Shown piece after piece: positions 37,870 through 53,229 of a DNA stretch of 64,000 nt (position 1 is its first letter; the number at the start of each line of letters is the position of its first letter). The stretch is taken from assembly GCF_006345805.1 (NCBI RefSeq), contig NC_043000.1:88722001-88786000 (forward strand), in the 5' to 3' direction. Below the pieces are notes generated by a model. The model was not told the DNA's origin, searched no databases, and worked only from the letters and a program-made list of their open reading frames with translations. The translations under genes and the position numbers were made by a program. The stretch is from Octopus sinensis (taxonomy: Eukaryota).

Positions 37870-38015
37870 TGTGTGTGTGTATGTGTGTGTGTGTATGTGT
37901 GTGTGTGTGTGCGCGTGTGTGTTTGTGTATGTATGTGTACATTTATCAACCTGTGTGTGTGTGTGTGTGTGTGTGCGCGTGTGTGTTTGTGTATGTATGT
38001 GTACATTTATCAACC

Positions 38016-38047
<32 letters not shown>

Positions 38048-38085
38048 AGTGTGTGTGTGTGTGTGTGCGTGTGCGTGTGTGTGTA
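37870..38085. repeat. (GT)n with two tandem copies of an approximately 64-bp unit
   Basis: gcgcgtgtgtgtttgtgtatgtatgtgtacatttatcaacc repeated. Confidence 0.9.
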
Positions 38086-38659
38086 TCTGGCATTTTTGAC
38101 TTGCAATGCCCGTCCTTATTCAGGCTTGAGTACAACCGACATATTACGAAGGAGAGAGAACGACACAAGGAAAAACACATACTCTTTATAAATGACTTCG
38201 AGTGTTTTTGATCGAATAAAGATGAAATAAGTTAATCTCGATGGTATCTGAAATCAGAACTAAGAGCTGGAACACTTATCGCAATCTAATAGAATTAATA
38301 ACACCCTAGAATGGCGTGCTGACGTCAAATTTATCCGAAATGTCAGTCTGCTAGTCTTTTCCCTTTCTTCCTTTGGTTTGAAATGAGGAATTTTCCCCGA
38401 AATATTATAGGATGAGTAAATCACCAATGTAAGGAAATATAATATGTTTTCTATATATTTTCATTCATTGATTTCATTTTTTCAAATTTTTCCTTAAAGC
38501 TGCACCTGCATTTAACCTATTTATTACATTAATAAATTACATTAATAAAGTAGTTTTGAGTTTGTCCCCTCTGTGTTTAGCCCCTTGTGGGAAGTAAAGA
38601 AATAGGTAACGTACAATACCATTAATCAGGGATGCATTGATTTGAGGTGTGGGCATCAG

Positions 38660-38822
38660 TCGATGCGATCGGCTCCTCTATTTGACTGGTGCATTACTTT
38701 ATCGACCCCAAAAGAATAAAAGACAAGGTTGACTTCCGCGGGATTTCTTACTTAACATAAAACGTCGGAACAAATACTGCAAAGCAGTTTTTCTGATGCT
38801 CTAGTAATTGTCAGCTCACCTC
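38660..38822 (-). mobile_element. Degraded SINE (family A)
   Basis: ACTTTATCGACCCCAAAAGAATAAAAGACAAGGTTGAC is the reverse complement of the family core. Confidence 0.6.
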
Positions 38823-40336
38823 ATTGTTGCAGTGTGATGGCTAATAGAAACAATAGTAGCAGTTAAGGAGCTTCTTTCTCAATAGTAGTTGCACGTGATA
38901 GTAGTAGTAGTAGTAGTAGTAAAAGTAGTAGTAGTTTTGATATCATTATTATATTTTTATTTATGTACATACATTTACAACAATATATATGCATATGTAA
39001 GTAAACATATATATAAATATGTGTATACATGTATGAGGAAAAGTATGTGTATATGTGTGTACTTATATAACTATGGATATTATAAGTGGTTTAGTTTCAT
39101 TGCTATTTTCTGCTTCATAAATTTTAAATATTTTTGAATATATATCACTTATTATCCTTATCTATCGACCCCCTGTTTGGAAGTATGATAAATATGTTTA
39201 TCATACTTCAATTAGACGGTATTTTTATGCAAAGATTAGTTCTACCTTTAAGTCACAAATTTCAAGAATAATGAGAATTACCTTCTTTATCTCTGACAAA
39301 CTCGATTGTAAGAATTATATTTATCACCGAAGAAGATTAGTCTCTGAACTAAAAATGGCACAGAATCATTAACATACTCGCAAATGCATACATAAAACAC
39401 GAGAGGCACTACATCATATGTACATATACCTATGTGTATGTGTTTGTGTATACGTGAATATATATATAAATACATATACACACACAGTGATAAACATGCA
39501 GATATATATACATATATATATATACAAATACACACACACGCATATATATATATATATATATATACACGCAGACATACATATATGTGTGTGTGTGTGTGTA
39601 TTTATAAATGGATAAGTATACTAATACGTAAAATAAAACCTAGCACTTATCAGTTATTCTGTATCCTAATTATTACACGCAGTTGTGATAGAATCAGTCA
39701 TTATTATAAGAGACAGCGTAATTAATATAATTACTTTTATTTTACGTAAAGGAAGTTAAATTGTAGTATTTGTGTTCTTATGAACGTTTGAAACGTCTTT
39801 CAGGTGTACTTAAAACAAAATATACAAACTTACAAAATTAACACAATGCATGATCTTTGCCCACTTTTAACTTCTCTTCCGTCTAATATAATTTTGCTTA
39901 TGTGATAAATGCATTTATAGATAGCTGTTTACGTTAATGTTACACGTGCTATATACCTGAATATTTTTGAAAGCTATGAAGCAGCTTGTTCACTATTAAT
40001 CGATTTACTACAAGTAGCATTGAAATCTCCTTTAAGTTACACCATACCATCTTGAAATGATCGTAGGGTGTAACTTAACAGTTGAATCTGAATAAATGAT
40101 TCATGTTTGTGATATGTTTGAACAATCAAGCCTACAGGAACCTAGACAACATCAAAAATTGAACATTGTTATAATATAATCCATGAGATTGCATGAGATG
40201 CGGTCTTTATGCAATGTACTTAGGATAATTATTCTAGCAGAAACCATAGCTGTGCTTTGTACTGAACATAAGATAAGTTTTCGAACTCATAAATATATGT
40301 TAACAATTATACAGTCGTCTCTGCTTCTAAAATATA

Positions 40337-40748
40337 TACTCTTTTAGTCTTTTACTTGTTTCAGTCATTTGACTGCGGCCATGCTGGAGCACCGCTTTTA
40401 GTCGAGCAAATCGACCCCAGGACTTATTCTTTGTAAGCCTAGTACTTATTCTATCGGTCACTTGTGCCGAACCGCTAAGTTACGGGTAAGTAAGCACGCC
40501 AGCATCGGTTTTCAAGCGATGTTGGAGGGCAAACACAGACATACAAACATATATACACATACATATATATATATACATATATACGACGGGCTTCTTTCAG
40601 TTTCTGTCTACCAAATCCACTCACAAGGTTTCGGTCGGCCCGAGGCTATATTAGAAGACACTTGCCCAAGGTGCCACGCAGTTGGACTGAACCCGGAACC
40701 ATGTGGTTGGTAAGCCAACTATTTACCACACAACCACTCCTACGCCTG
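40337..40748 (-). mobile_element. tRNA-derived SINE (family B, CORE-like)
   Basis: Reverse complement of 60003-60455; tRNA-like head AGGCGTAGGAGTGGTTGTGTGGTAA, GGGTTCAGTCC. Confidence 0.85.
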
Positions 40749-43700
40749 TATCTACATTTCTTACAGCAATTATTAATATCGAGCCAGAAGGATCAATCTA
40801 TAAATCAGTATTGTGGACACGGGACCACCATAATGCTACTAAACCCTATACAACATGAATCAGTTGGTCAACGAATCTATATCATATGAAACTGGCCTGT
40901 GCTTAACTCTTGGTTTCTTTTGTTAGAAAACATTATCAAAAAATTAAGCACAGCTTGAAACAGTGAAAATGTTGTTGTTAATGTTTTTGTAGGGATGTTA
41001 TCAACGGATGTGATATAAAATGTTTTCATTTGTGTTTATCTCTTGTTCTAAGACAATCAATAATGGAATTTGATTGAAGTGAATATCCAATCGAAATACA
41101 ACAAACTGATTTTGTTTGTTGAAATCGTGTACAAGTTGCAACATAAATTTTACCTGGCAATGTTTATGGTGATAGAAAAATTAGGCAAATGTTACTAGTA
41201 TCTCCAGGTTGCTATTATTTTTAATGTTTACTTTTCTTTCGTTACCATCATGGAACAGTGCATTCCATACGTATGCTGGTCAAAACTTTATCGGCTTTTA
41301 TTAGGTGGAGATCATTTTTACTGTACAATGCTTGTTCATTGTAGCCAAAACGATTCTAATTTTAAGATTTTAAAATTTTCTGTAATCTTACAAAATAAAT
41401 AGAAAATGAATATATTTATGAATTTTTGTGTTTGTTATGCAAAAAGTAGATTCAGCTAAATTATTTTCTTCCACATGTTGCACGCATTTTGAAAAACCTT
41501 TACGCAGATAATTTTTGTGATCCCTGTTCAAACTGGTTTCTTCTTATAGTTTAATTACATTTACATAAAATCAAGGGGCGATCTAGAGACATTGCCAAAT
41601 TTAAATTTTGACTGCAAATTTGCCTTCTGGCTTGGGTCAAGGCAATTACTGTTAAACTATTTTTGAACTTAACATACATTTGTAGTAGGACAATACGGCT
41701 TTACGCTGCAAAGTTCCACTAAACCTGAGGAAGGTTCTGTTGATCTTCAGTGTTACTTATAGAGCTTTTCCAGCGTTTGGCCACCGACTAGAGTCTCCGA
41801 TTATCTTAATATTTCTTACCATTGGCTTTTTTACTATGCTTTTGGAGTTATGCTTCTTGCCAGGTGGTAGAATAGATCGCTTCACTTCATGTGTGGCTTA
41901 TTATAATGATACTCATTATAATGACAGTCACCCATCTGTTACCTTACTTGACCACACAGAATTCTACGTAAATATTTGAGTGTATATATATAGTCTGCGA
42001 TTATCACTCTGATCCGCTTTTTTTTTTATTAACAGTAACATTGAGGAAGGTTCGTAATATTCAACTAGAAATGTGTTTCTTATATATATATTGTGTGCGT
42101 ATGTGTATATATGCATATATGCATGTATATATACATATATATGCGCGTGTGAATATAATTATCCATATATGAATATACAAGTGCCACATGAGTTGCATTT
42201 TATATTTGTAAAAATATTCTCCAAATTTTCACACGTAAATTTTATTTACATAAATCATAGCAAAATGTGTCTCTAAAAGAAAGCTGCAACCTATTTAGTT
42301 CTAAGCTCTATTTCTATACAGATTACTTTTGATTGGTAAAGTGTTCTCTAAAAATACTGTTGAATGATATTGAAGAGAAACACTATGTTTCCTTAGCAAC
42401 ACTAGTGTATAAGATTATCTTTTAAGCTTTTGTATGACTTGTAACACTCTTATAACATCATTTACCCTCACGACATTTCTAACATGTCTTTCTTTTGCAG
42501 AATCTGATAATATAACACTTCGCAATACGATTAATTTTTACATTTCCCACAAAATAAACTTCGAAATTGATGGAATGGCTTTTAAAACTTGTATATCTTA
42601 AATCAACTAAATTCGTGAATTATGAGGAGAAAATAAAAAAGTAGTGTCCTAAAAACTATAAATGTAAATTATTATTTTAGTATCATACTTTTCCATTTAA
42701 AAGAATTGTTAAAATTCTTAAAAATATTTTAGCAACGACCAAAACTGCTTGTTAATAAGATAATAAATATATAAAATATTTTCTTGCAATTATACTTTTC
42801 CATTTAAAATTATTGTGAAATTTTTTCAAATTGTTTTAGCATCGAGGAAATGGCATGTTACTGATATTTAGGTCATTGTAGATGCTTTTTTTATCTCTTT
42901 TTATTTTCTAAATAGACTTAAGAAATATTATTGCTTTTTAAAGTGGCTGATATTTTGCAGTACAGTTGATATGATCATGTAATAATACTATGTTACTGTG
43001 ATCACGCTTCTTTGAGGTATTTTTAATGTTGATATACACTGGATATAGGGGAAACTTCAATGACAGATGGTCACATCGTTATTCAATGTCTCACATCAAT
43101 TAAATTGCTTAACGTTATCATAATGACAACATGTAGATATCTTAACTGCTGTTTCAATAACATATTTTGAAAGGCAAATGTTAATGTAATTTTTTATCTA
43201 TTTCAAAGAAGTGGATGAGCATAAAAATAACTTTGGACTTTTTTAATGATTGGTTGTATACTGTATCTTCTTATTTCTATATTCATTAAAAGAATGTTTG
43301 TGTTGGTTGTCGTGAAGTGTACAAGATGAAGTATTTCGTATCATAACACAAACGTCAGCATGGTTATGTCATTAAAAATTTGCATCTTAGCAACATGTTT
43401 TTTAGCTGTGCTTCAATGTTGTGTATATACTTGTGAAGCCTTGGATTTCATATTTACATGTTAGTGGGTGTCCGTGTTTATACCTACATACATACATGCA
43501 TATATACATACATATGTATGTATATAAACAAATTCGAACACACATATACAAGGTGTATGTAATGTTAGTTCGTCGAGCGGCTGCGTTTTTTTAAGTGTAA
43601 GAGAGTATATTCTCAAAGCCCCTTGTGTAAAACACATGAAAGTATCTCATAAACAAGCGAGACAGTTTACATCAAGATAGATATCGGTGTTTCGTCATTA

Positions 43701-44615
43701 TTTTGAGTTATCTATCTCCCATACCGAACTGGTTTGTTATAAGCTATATCAGAGACTATGGATATATGCTAAATTGTTTATGAAACATTTGCTGACATAT
43801 CCCAACGTTTCATGTCACGGAAGTAATTCAAATCCCACGTGCACATGGTGTGTGTTACTAGTTTGTCGGGCGGTTGCGTTTTTTAGGCGTAACATAATAT
43901 ATTCTCAATGCTTCTTGTGTAAATCACCGTGGTATTAAACGTTGGGGCACCATGCCATCAGACTGTTCTTAAACCATTTAGCATATAGCCATAGCCGGCG
44001 AGAAAGCTTGAAACAAGCTATTGATGCCTGTCACTCCGAAAAAAAGGGATTTGATGTGAGTTACCACGCTTGTCTATGACTTACTTTCAGGTATTTTACA
44101 CCATGAGCATTGAAAATATATTCTCTTATGCCAAAAATAATCCCACCCACCCGACGAACTAACAACGTACTTACCTTGTGTATGTGTGTTCGATTTTACT
44201 TATATACTTCGAGCTACTTCTAATTCATATTTCAATATGTATGTACATACAGTAACAACAAATGGATTGTGGTTCACTACAGTTGTTTCAGACGTGCTTT
44301 TTTTTATTGATGAATAGAGTTTTTACATCACGCAGAAAAACTGTTTTCATCAGGTGAATACATGTAAAAATTAAACATTTTAAACATTCGAGTTCCAACG
44401 TAAAAATGCCATTTTTGACTCTACAGACCAAAAACACAATCCATCTGTTATTTGTTTATCATTCACCTTCCTTGGAACCTGCAACTCGCGTAGAAAGAGA
44501 GTCTGTTGAATCTGAATGTTGTACAATAAATGCAATGATTCTATCTATGTGCAGCTTTGGTTGCATTAATACGATTCAACAATCGTTATATACTTCATAT
44601 TAATAGGGTTTAAAG

Positions 44616-44828
44616 CAGTGCTTTTCAACATTTTTGCTGGAGCGGAACCCCAAGGAAACATGTCTCGAGGAACCTCTGTGCAATAATTTGATAGTCTTAT
44701 GCACACATATCTGCACAGGAGAATTAAAAATTACTGTCGATTTTAGCAGTTTTGTAACTTCTTGCGGAGCCCCTGGACTGTACTGGCGGAACCCTAAGGT
44801 TCCGCGGAACCCTGGTTGAAAACCACTG
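44616..44828. mobile_element. hAT-Charlie-type MITE
   Basis: TIRs CAGTGCTTTTCAAC / GTTGAAAACCACTG; 8-bp TSD GTTTAAAG/GTATAAAG. Confidence 0.88.
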
Positions 44829-45419
44829 GTATAAAGCATTGCTATATCACCTTTATTTTCTCGTTGTTTTATACCTACACCATGATGCTATAGAATGCTA
44901 TATTTACAATAGATAATATATCATTATCTATAGTAAATATAGCATCATATAGTAGTTTCACTTTTAACCAAATAACTATATGCACATGCAAATTATTAGG
45001 AAATTACATAATTTAGATAAACTACAATATAAACATACTAATAATGATAATAAGAGAAACTTTCAATAAATACATCAATAACTAAATAAAGTGCCATCGT
45101 CGGATGTCCGCAGACTTCCACACATATATCAAGTAAAAGGACAAGTTCAACTGTTTAATGGCATCTGGTAGCCGATACACGAAGAGGCACTTTGGAAAGC
45201 AAGCTGTATGGTTATTAATATGTGTGTGTGTATGTGTATATGAGTGTATGTGTGTGTGCGTGCAGGAATATACAAATTAATCAAAATACAACTATTATTT
45301 AACTTTTTTTATTGGGAATTTGGTAAATTCTAGAATAATGTAATCTGCATACACGCGTACATGTATATTATACATAACAAGTTTTTCACGACATGACCTT
45401 GTGTTTTTTATGTTTGTTT

Positions 45420-45613
45420 GCTTTTGGCAGTAATTTATATGTTAAGAAGTAAAAATGCGTGACCCACCTGATTTCTGAGAAGGATAGATTGTTGGAGCGC
45501 AGATGGTTGGAGCTTTCATGACTAAAAGGTAGTGATGTAGCTCTGCTGGCTTCTTAACCATCATAGATCGATGATTTCTAAACAAAATATATTTCAATAT
45601 CCCGTACTCTCTC

Positions 45614-45661
<48 letters not shown>

Positions 45662-45855
45662 TGGGCTTTGTTTTCTGCTGAATGTACCATCATTTTGGAA
45701 TGGCATGGGTTTAGAGACCGGGCCTTTCAAAACATAATATAATTCACTAATATTAGTGATGGAAGATCCACGCATATGTGCTCCAACAATTTGTCACACT
45801 TGGAAACCAAGTAGGTCATGCTTTTTAACTTAACTAAATATAAATAATTGTAAAA
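45420..45855. repeat. Old imperfect inverted repeat (foldback-like)
   Basis: attgttggagcgcagatg versus catatgtgctccaacaat, with matching flanks. Confidence 0.55.
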
Positions 45856-46161
45856 TGAAATAGAAAAACAAGGTGCCATGCCATGAAGAACTACGTATAC
45901 ATAATATAAATGCTCACATATCTGCAGGTTAGATCAGCTTTCAATTGATATATATATATATATATACATGGAGAGGGATAAATACTTATAGTAATAGATA
46001 TAATTATATATAAATATACGTAAACATATAAATATATACATGCATACACGCACACACACCACACACACACTCACACACACATGCATATATATACAGAAAT
46101 ATCATATATAGATAGACAGACACAGGGGTATAGGTATGGATAAACAGATATTGTTACAGCC

Positions 46162-46207
<46 letters not shown>

Positions 46208-46290
46208 CGAGACAAAACCACTATTTTAAAACCAAACAAGGAAAGACTTAATCAATACGTAAAATTTTAATTGTAGTGGCGGTTTATTTA

Positions 46291-46376
<86 letters not shown>

Positions 46377-46524
46377 ATACATATACCTATGTCTGTGTAT
46401 ATATATTTATATATGTATGTATGAATGCATATATATGTATGTATGTATGAATGCATATGTATATATGTTGAATGTATATGTATATATATGTATGTATATA
46501 TATGTGTATGCATGTATGTATATT

Positions 46525-46555
<31 letters not shown>

Positions 46556-46593
46556 ATTATGTATATATATATATATGTGTGTGTATTTATGTG

Positions 46594-46633
<40 letters not shown>

Positions 46634-46735
46634 GTTGAAAAAGATAGAATGCATATTATACGTATATATATACCTATAAATATACATAAAAACATACATA
46701 GAAATATACATATATACATGCATATACGCATATAC

Positions 46736-46766
<31 letters not shown>

Positions 46767-46796
46767 AAGGGGAGGGAGGGATGGGGGAGAAGGATG

Positions 46797-47183
<387 letters not shown>

Positions 47184-48251
47184 GTTGTTTCTTACTTATA
47201 TATATTTGGGCACCGCAAGTCACGTAATTGCTACTTTATTTCATTCCACTTTTATAGTCCCCATAGAATTCCTTTTGTGTTTCTTTCTGGCAAATCAGTG
47301 ATCAGAACAGAGCGAGCAGTATTTATATTTTCTTAATCTGATATGGGTTCAGCTGACATCTCAAATAGAAATTTCTCTGGTTTTGAATGCAACTAGATCT
47401 ATACAAAATAGATATGTGATGCCTCTTGGCAAGATATTGAAAATCTATAGGTTCTTCAACCCTAAACTATGACAGCACCCGGACCTTTTATTACTATGCT
47501 CTGGCATTCTGTTCGTAGGGCATATAGCTTTCATTTCCAAAGCCATGCGTCAGTTTTTCTAACACACACACGCACACACACATATATATGAGCATTTATA
47601 TGGACGCGGACGTTTGTGCATATATATATATATATCACTGCGTATTTTTAGCACATTCGCTCATCTTTGCACGTTGTTGTTTTAACCACTTACCGTTACT
47701 CATATATGGAAATTTATTTATTTATTTTATATGAATTTCATTTAAGCTATGCTTCTTCTACAATACCTGTTCATAATTCAAAGATTGTAGATTTAGAAGA
47801 TTAAATGTTTAGTAAAAATGCCCCCTGAAAGCTTTTAAAAATAACTTATGAAAACATATTTTAAAATAAGTTTATATCAGTATGTTGACAAAAGATCTTC
47901 AAAACTATGAAACGCAGTTTATTTCTAACTATAACTGGTGGGTAAGTATTAATCCTAAAACAAAAACTGATTTTATATTACTTTTTCCTTCAAAGTAAAT
48001 TTCTTTCCCATGAAAGAATTCAAAGTTGATATTTCCTGCTGACTGTATGGAACGATATCCTAACTGAAATTAATCTGACATTAAAAGATATGTCTATGTA
48101 AATTATTATTTTTAACTTTTAAAGTATGATTTATATCGTTAAATGCCTGCAGTATAGAAACATTATTCTAACATTGTATATTAGATTTTAATAGTTAAAG
48201 CCATTACAAAGAAAGTTTTTCCAAACATATCTTAATTATAATAAATTAGAG

Positions 48252-48331
<80 letters not shown>

Positions 48332-48338
48332 CATCATT

Positions 48339-48548
48339 AAGGTGGCGAGCTGGCAGAATCATTAACACGCGGGGCAAAATGATTAGCGGTATTTCTCCCG
48401 TCGCTACATTCTGAGTTCAAATTCTGACTAGGTCGACTTTGCCTTTCATACTTTCCGAGCCTATAAATTAAGTACTAGTTGAGTACTGAGATTGATGTAA
48501 TCGACCTCCTCGCCAAAATTCCAGGCCTTGTGTCTTTAGTAGAAATGA
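48339..48548 (+). mobile_element. tRNA-derived SINE (family A) inside (ATT)n
   Basis: AGGTGGCGAGCTGGCAGAATC...GAGTTCAAATTC. Confidence 0.85.
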
Positions 48549-48554
48549 TTATTA

Positions 48555-48604
<50 letters not shown>

Positions 48605-48607
<3 letters not shown>

Positions 48608-51400
48608 TAGTTTTATTTTTATAGCGTGCTTTCACTTCACTACCGAGCGCAGCTCTGTGTGCCTTGGGTATGTGCTGTGATTTGTTGTGATGCTCTGATG
48701 GTTATTGTATGGAAAGTGTTCTGCGTAGGATGTGTGCAGTGCCTAGTAGTGCAATTTTCTGTATGTTATATGTGTTTGTAAGTCCTGGTGTTTTTGTTAT
48801 GTATTTGTCTGAATATTTTTTTATCATGCCTAGTGCACCTACTATGATAGGAATTGTTTCTGTTTTCGGATTCCACATTCTAGTTACCTCTATTTTCAGG
48901 TCTTTGTATTTTGAGAGTTTCTCCATTTCTTTTAGAGATACGTTGTCATCAGCCGGTATTGATACATCAATTAGAAAGCATTTTTTTCTTCATGATCTCT
49001 GACAACTATATCTAGTCTGTTGGCCTTAATTTCTCTATCTGTGTGTATCGGCATATCCCAGAGTATGGTTGCTTTCTCGTTTTCTGTGACCTTTTCTGGT
49101 GTGTGCCTATACCATCTTTTTTCTGTTGTTATTCCATAATGTTGGCATAGCTTCCAATGCATGTAGGTTCCAACTCTGTCATGTCTGTGAATATATTCCT
49201 TCTTAGCCAGGACTGGGCAGCTAGAGATAATATGATTTATTGTTTCTTGTCCATCTCCACATATTCTGCAGTTACTTGTAATATTTCTTTTCATTACATG
49301 TTTTTGGTAATTTCTGGTGGGGAGGCTTTGGTCTTGTGCTGCAATTAAAAATCCCTTTGTTTCTGCTTTGAGTCCTGAGCTTCTCAACCATTGCTGGGAT
49401 TTTTCTTTGTCTATTTCTTTTGCGTTTAGTTTAGTGCAGTATTTACCATGAAGGGGCTTTTCTTGCCATCGTTTTATCATGGTTCGTTGCTGTTCTATTT
49501 TTAGTTTGGATTTCATTTGTTTTATAGCTTTTGTTGTTTCTTCATCTTCTTCTTCTTCTTTGTGTTTATTAGGTGGTATGATTTCTTGTTTGTATTTTTC
49601 AGCTTCCTTAAATACTGAGAACAGTTTTTTGTTTTGCTCGTGTTTTGCTGCTATCTGGATCAGTTTTCCTTCCTTCTGAAGTAGATATTTTTGCAGTCCT
49701 ATGGTAGTTATTTTATAGTAGTTTTCCAGCTGTATAAGGCCTCTACCACCTTCTATACGTTGTATATATAGTCTTTCTATGTCAGATTTTGGGTGATGCA
49801 TCCTAGATCCTGTCATTATTTTTCTTGTTTTCCTATCTATTTTGGTCAGTTCATTTCGTGTCCAGTTAAGGATATTGTAGCTGTAACTTATAACTGGGAC
49901 AGCTAAAGTGTTGATACCTATTATCTTGTTTTTAGCATTGAGCTCTGTGTTTAGTATTGATCTAACTCGTCTATAATATTCTTTTTTTATTTTCTCTTTC
50001 ATTTGTGTGTGTTGTGTCTTATCTAGTTCATGGATTCCTAAGTATTTGTAAGTTTGGCTTTGGTCTAATTCTTTTATTTCATTGGTTTTATCTAGTGTGA
50101 TGTTGTTACTCTTAACTAGTTTTCCTCTTTTCATGGTTACTTTGGCGCATTTTTCTAATCCAAATTTCATATCTATTTCGTTGGTAAATCCATGAACTGT
50201 CTTTAATAGTGTTTCCAGCTGTTTGTCATTTGCAGCGTATAGTTTTAGGTCATCCATATATAAAAGGTGGCTGATCGTTTTGCCGTAACATTTATATCCG
50301 CATCCAGTTCTATTTAGCATATCAGATAGAGGTGACAGTGCCAAGCAGAAAAGGAGTGGAGAGAGCGTGTCTCCCTGGAATATTCCTCTTCTAATGGGGA
50401 TGTCTTTGGTTTTCATGAGTCCCTCTTTTGTTTGGAGGTGTAGGACTGTTTGCCATTTATTCATAGAGTGCTCTATGAATTTTATGATTGTTGGTGCTAC
50501 TTTGTTAATGGCTAGTGTTTCGAGGATCCATGTGTGGGGGATGCTATCAAACGCCTTTTTGTAGTCAATCCAGGCCATACTGAGGCCTTTCTTCTTTCTG
50601 TGGCTGTCTTCAGTTATGGCTTTATTAATCATTAGTTGATCTTTACAGCCATATGAGCCTTTGCGGCATCCTTTCTGCTCTTCTGGGAACAGTTTGTTTT
50701 CGTCCAGGTGCTTGTTCAGCCTTTGTGATATCACTGCAGTAAATGCCTTGAACATAGTAGGGAGGCAGGTTATTGGTCTGTAGTTTTCTAGTTTTTCTGT
50801 TTCATTTGATTTGGGAATTAAGATGGTTTTCCTCTTCGTGAGCCATTCAGGCATTGTCTCTGGCTCTGCTAGTACGTTGTTAAAGTTTTCAGACAGCTTT
50901 TTGTGCATTCCTGTTAGATATTTCAACCAGAAGTTGGGGATCTTGTCATGCCCAGGTGCCTTCCAGTTGCTTAGTCTTTGCAGTGCCTGGGTGACCTCTT
51001 CAGTTGTTATGGGTGTCCAAAGTTGTTCAGATGCCGAGTTTGTTATTTTGATACTCCTTTTTTTGGTGGTTCGTTCGCCAACCATATTTCTCTCCAGAAT
51101 TCTTCCAATTCTTCTGCTGTTGGTGCTGCAGTGACTTCTATTTTATTTTTACCCAGTTCTTGGTAGAACTTTTTGGGGTTGGAGCTGAACTTTTTGTTTT
51201 CTTCAAAGAAGCGTTGGTGTTTCTTGTACCGGCGGATCCTTTGTGCTTTGGCAAGGATATCTTGCTTCAGCTTTTCTTTTATTTCAGGCAAATCTTTCTC
51301 TGTGATGTTATATTTGCGGAGTATTTTCGTTCTCTTTTTGTTGCTCAGTAGCGTTTTGATTGTTTGCTGATTTCATTAAGAATCGACAGGTCTTTTCTAA
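48605..51400 (-). mobile_element. 5'-truncated R4/Dong-clade RLE non-LTR retrotransposon in (TAA)n
   Basis: 3' end AATAAAACTACTG-(AAT)n; 5' junction also in (AAT)n; RT, CCHC knuckle and RLE domains. Confidence 0.93.
48702..51400 (-). pseudogene. RT-RLE polyprotein (704-aa main ORF 48971-51085 plus frameshifted ends)
   Basis: WKAPGHD, YRPITCL, WIDYKKAFDS, GIFQGDTLSPLLF, YMDDLKLY, CRICG..ETINHIISSC, RHD, RLDIVV, EKLSKYKDL. Confidence 0.95.
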
Positions 51401-51424
51401 TTTTATTATTATTATTATTATTAT

Positions 51425-51456
<32 letters not shown>

Positions 51457-51492
51457 TTATTATTATTGTTGTTGTTGTTGTTGTTATTATTA

Positions 51493-51875
51493 CGCGGTGA
51501 GCTGGCAGAATCGTTAGCACGCCGGGCGAAATGCGTAGCCGTATTTCGTCTGCCGTTACGTTCTGAGTTCAAATTCCGCCGAGGTCGACTTTCGGGGTCA
51601 ATAAATTAAGTACCAGTTACGCACTGGGGTCGATATAATCGGCTTAATCCGTTTGTCTGTCCTTGTTTGTCCTCTCCGTGTTTAGCCCCTTGTGGGTAGT
51701 AAAGAAATAGGTATATCGCCCGTCGCTACGTTCTGCATTCAAATTCTGCCGAGGTCGACTTTCCTTCTTTCGGGGTCGATGAATTAAGTACCAGTTGCGT
51801 ACTGGGATCGATCAAGTCGATTGGTCCCTTCCTCAAAAATTTCAGGCGTTATCCCTATAGTATAAATGTTTATTA
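51493..51875 (+). mobile_element. Two tandem/nested family A SINEs
   Basis: Body repeated at about 51540-51640 and 51710-51860. Confidence 0.85.
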
Positions 51876-53163
51876 TTATCATTATCTTATAATAATTCTG
51901 CTAGACATTGCGTTGCCTAACACATCGGTAACGCTTTCACAAGATTATAGGAAAAGAGGGATAAATAAAAGAGGGAGAGAGAGGAAGTAGGAGGGAGAAA
52001 AAGAGGGAGAGAGAAGTGTCCATGACATGAGGTAGAGAGCATGTCATTGTAGCGCCTTCACGTGATTAATTGAAGGAAAAGAGAGGAGAAAGAAAAAGGA
52101 GAGACAAGAAGATAAAGCGAAGAGTGAGACAGAAAGAAGAGAGAGACAGTGAAAAAACAGAGAGGCAGAAACAGAAAGTAAAAGATAGACAGAGAGAAAG
52201 ACGGAGAGAGAAAAGAGAGAGAGAAGCGTCTATGACGTGAGGTAGAATGTTCGTAATAATTTTAGCCAAGGGCTGATGTTCTAATGGTGGGGCTAAAGAA
52301 AGGCAGAGAGATAGACAGGACAGAGAGGAGAAAGAGAAAGATAAGAGAGAGAAAGATAGGAAAGAGAGGGATAGAGGGAGATGATGATGTGGTTGTTGGT
52401 TTTGGTGGTGGTGGTGATTGGATACTGAAAAATGTATAGAAGTTCTTTTATATCACCTATCACCTATAACTCATGTGCATAAGTGCAATTCCGTGAAATA
52501 TTCAAGGGGCAGATATATGCAATTTAACTTAAGGTTGTATCATATGTACAGGAGTTTTTCTTTTTATGAGGAATATAGAAAAATAATAGGGAATACTTAC
52601 TTTTTGTAGTCTATAAAACTGTGCGTAAAGTATATAAAATGTATATATAAAGTGCATTAAGAAATCATCGCTTTCCAATTCATTTCACTTTTCAATGAAT
52701 AGCAGAGGAGCGACTATCGTTTCATACAGACACAACACAGTCTACGCTTTCATGTTTTTGGGATAAAGTTTTCAGAAATAACCCTATAGGTTTGCTATTA
52801 ATTCCGTGAAATATTCACGGGTCCCGCTACTTATTATTATTGTTGTTGTGTGTGTGTGGGTGTATCAAACTAATGAAAGACAACAAAAACGGGTGTTAAT
52901 TACTCTTATCAGCTTAAACCTATTTCCCCTACAACAACGTTCACTATTTTCCTCTCGATCTGGTCTAATGGCCCTCTATTTTTGTTTCCTTGTATGTCTC
53001 CACTGTCCTGTTTTTATTCCAACGTTGGCCCTCCATAAATCCAAAATTATATCATGGTATTTATGGGAGCAACTGTCTTGGAAGACTCATATTGTCATTG
53101 AATGCTCGAAATGAGGAGTAAATAGATAGCCGACAACTGATGAAAGGTCGTTCGTCGTGTTAC

Positions 53164-53229
<66 letters not shown>

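Noticed and set aside
44894-44945. AT-rich hairpin of about 50 bp
   Set aside because: Short, AT-rich and with no associated element; no function supportable
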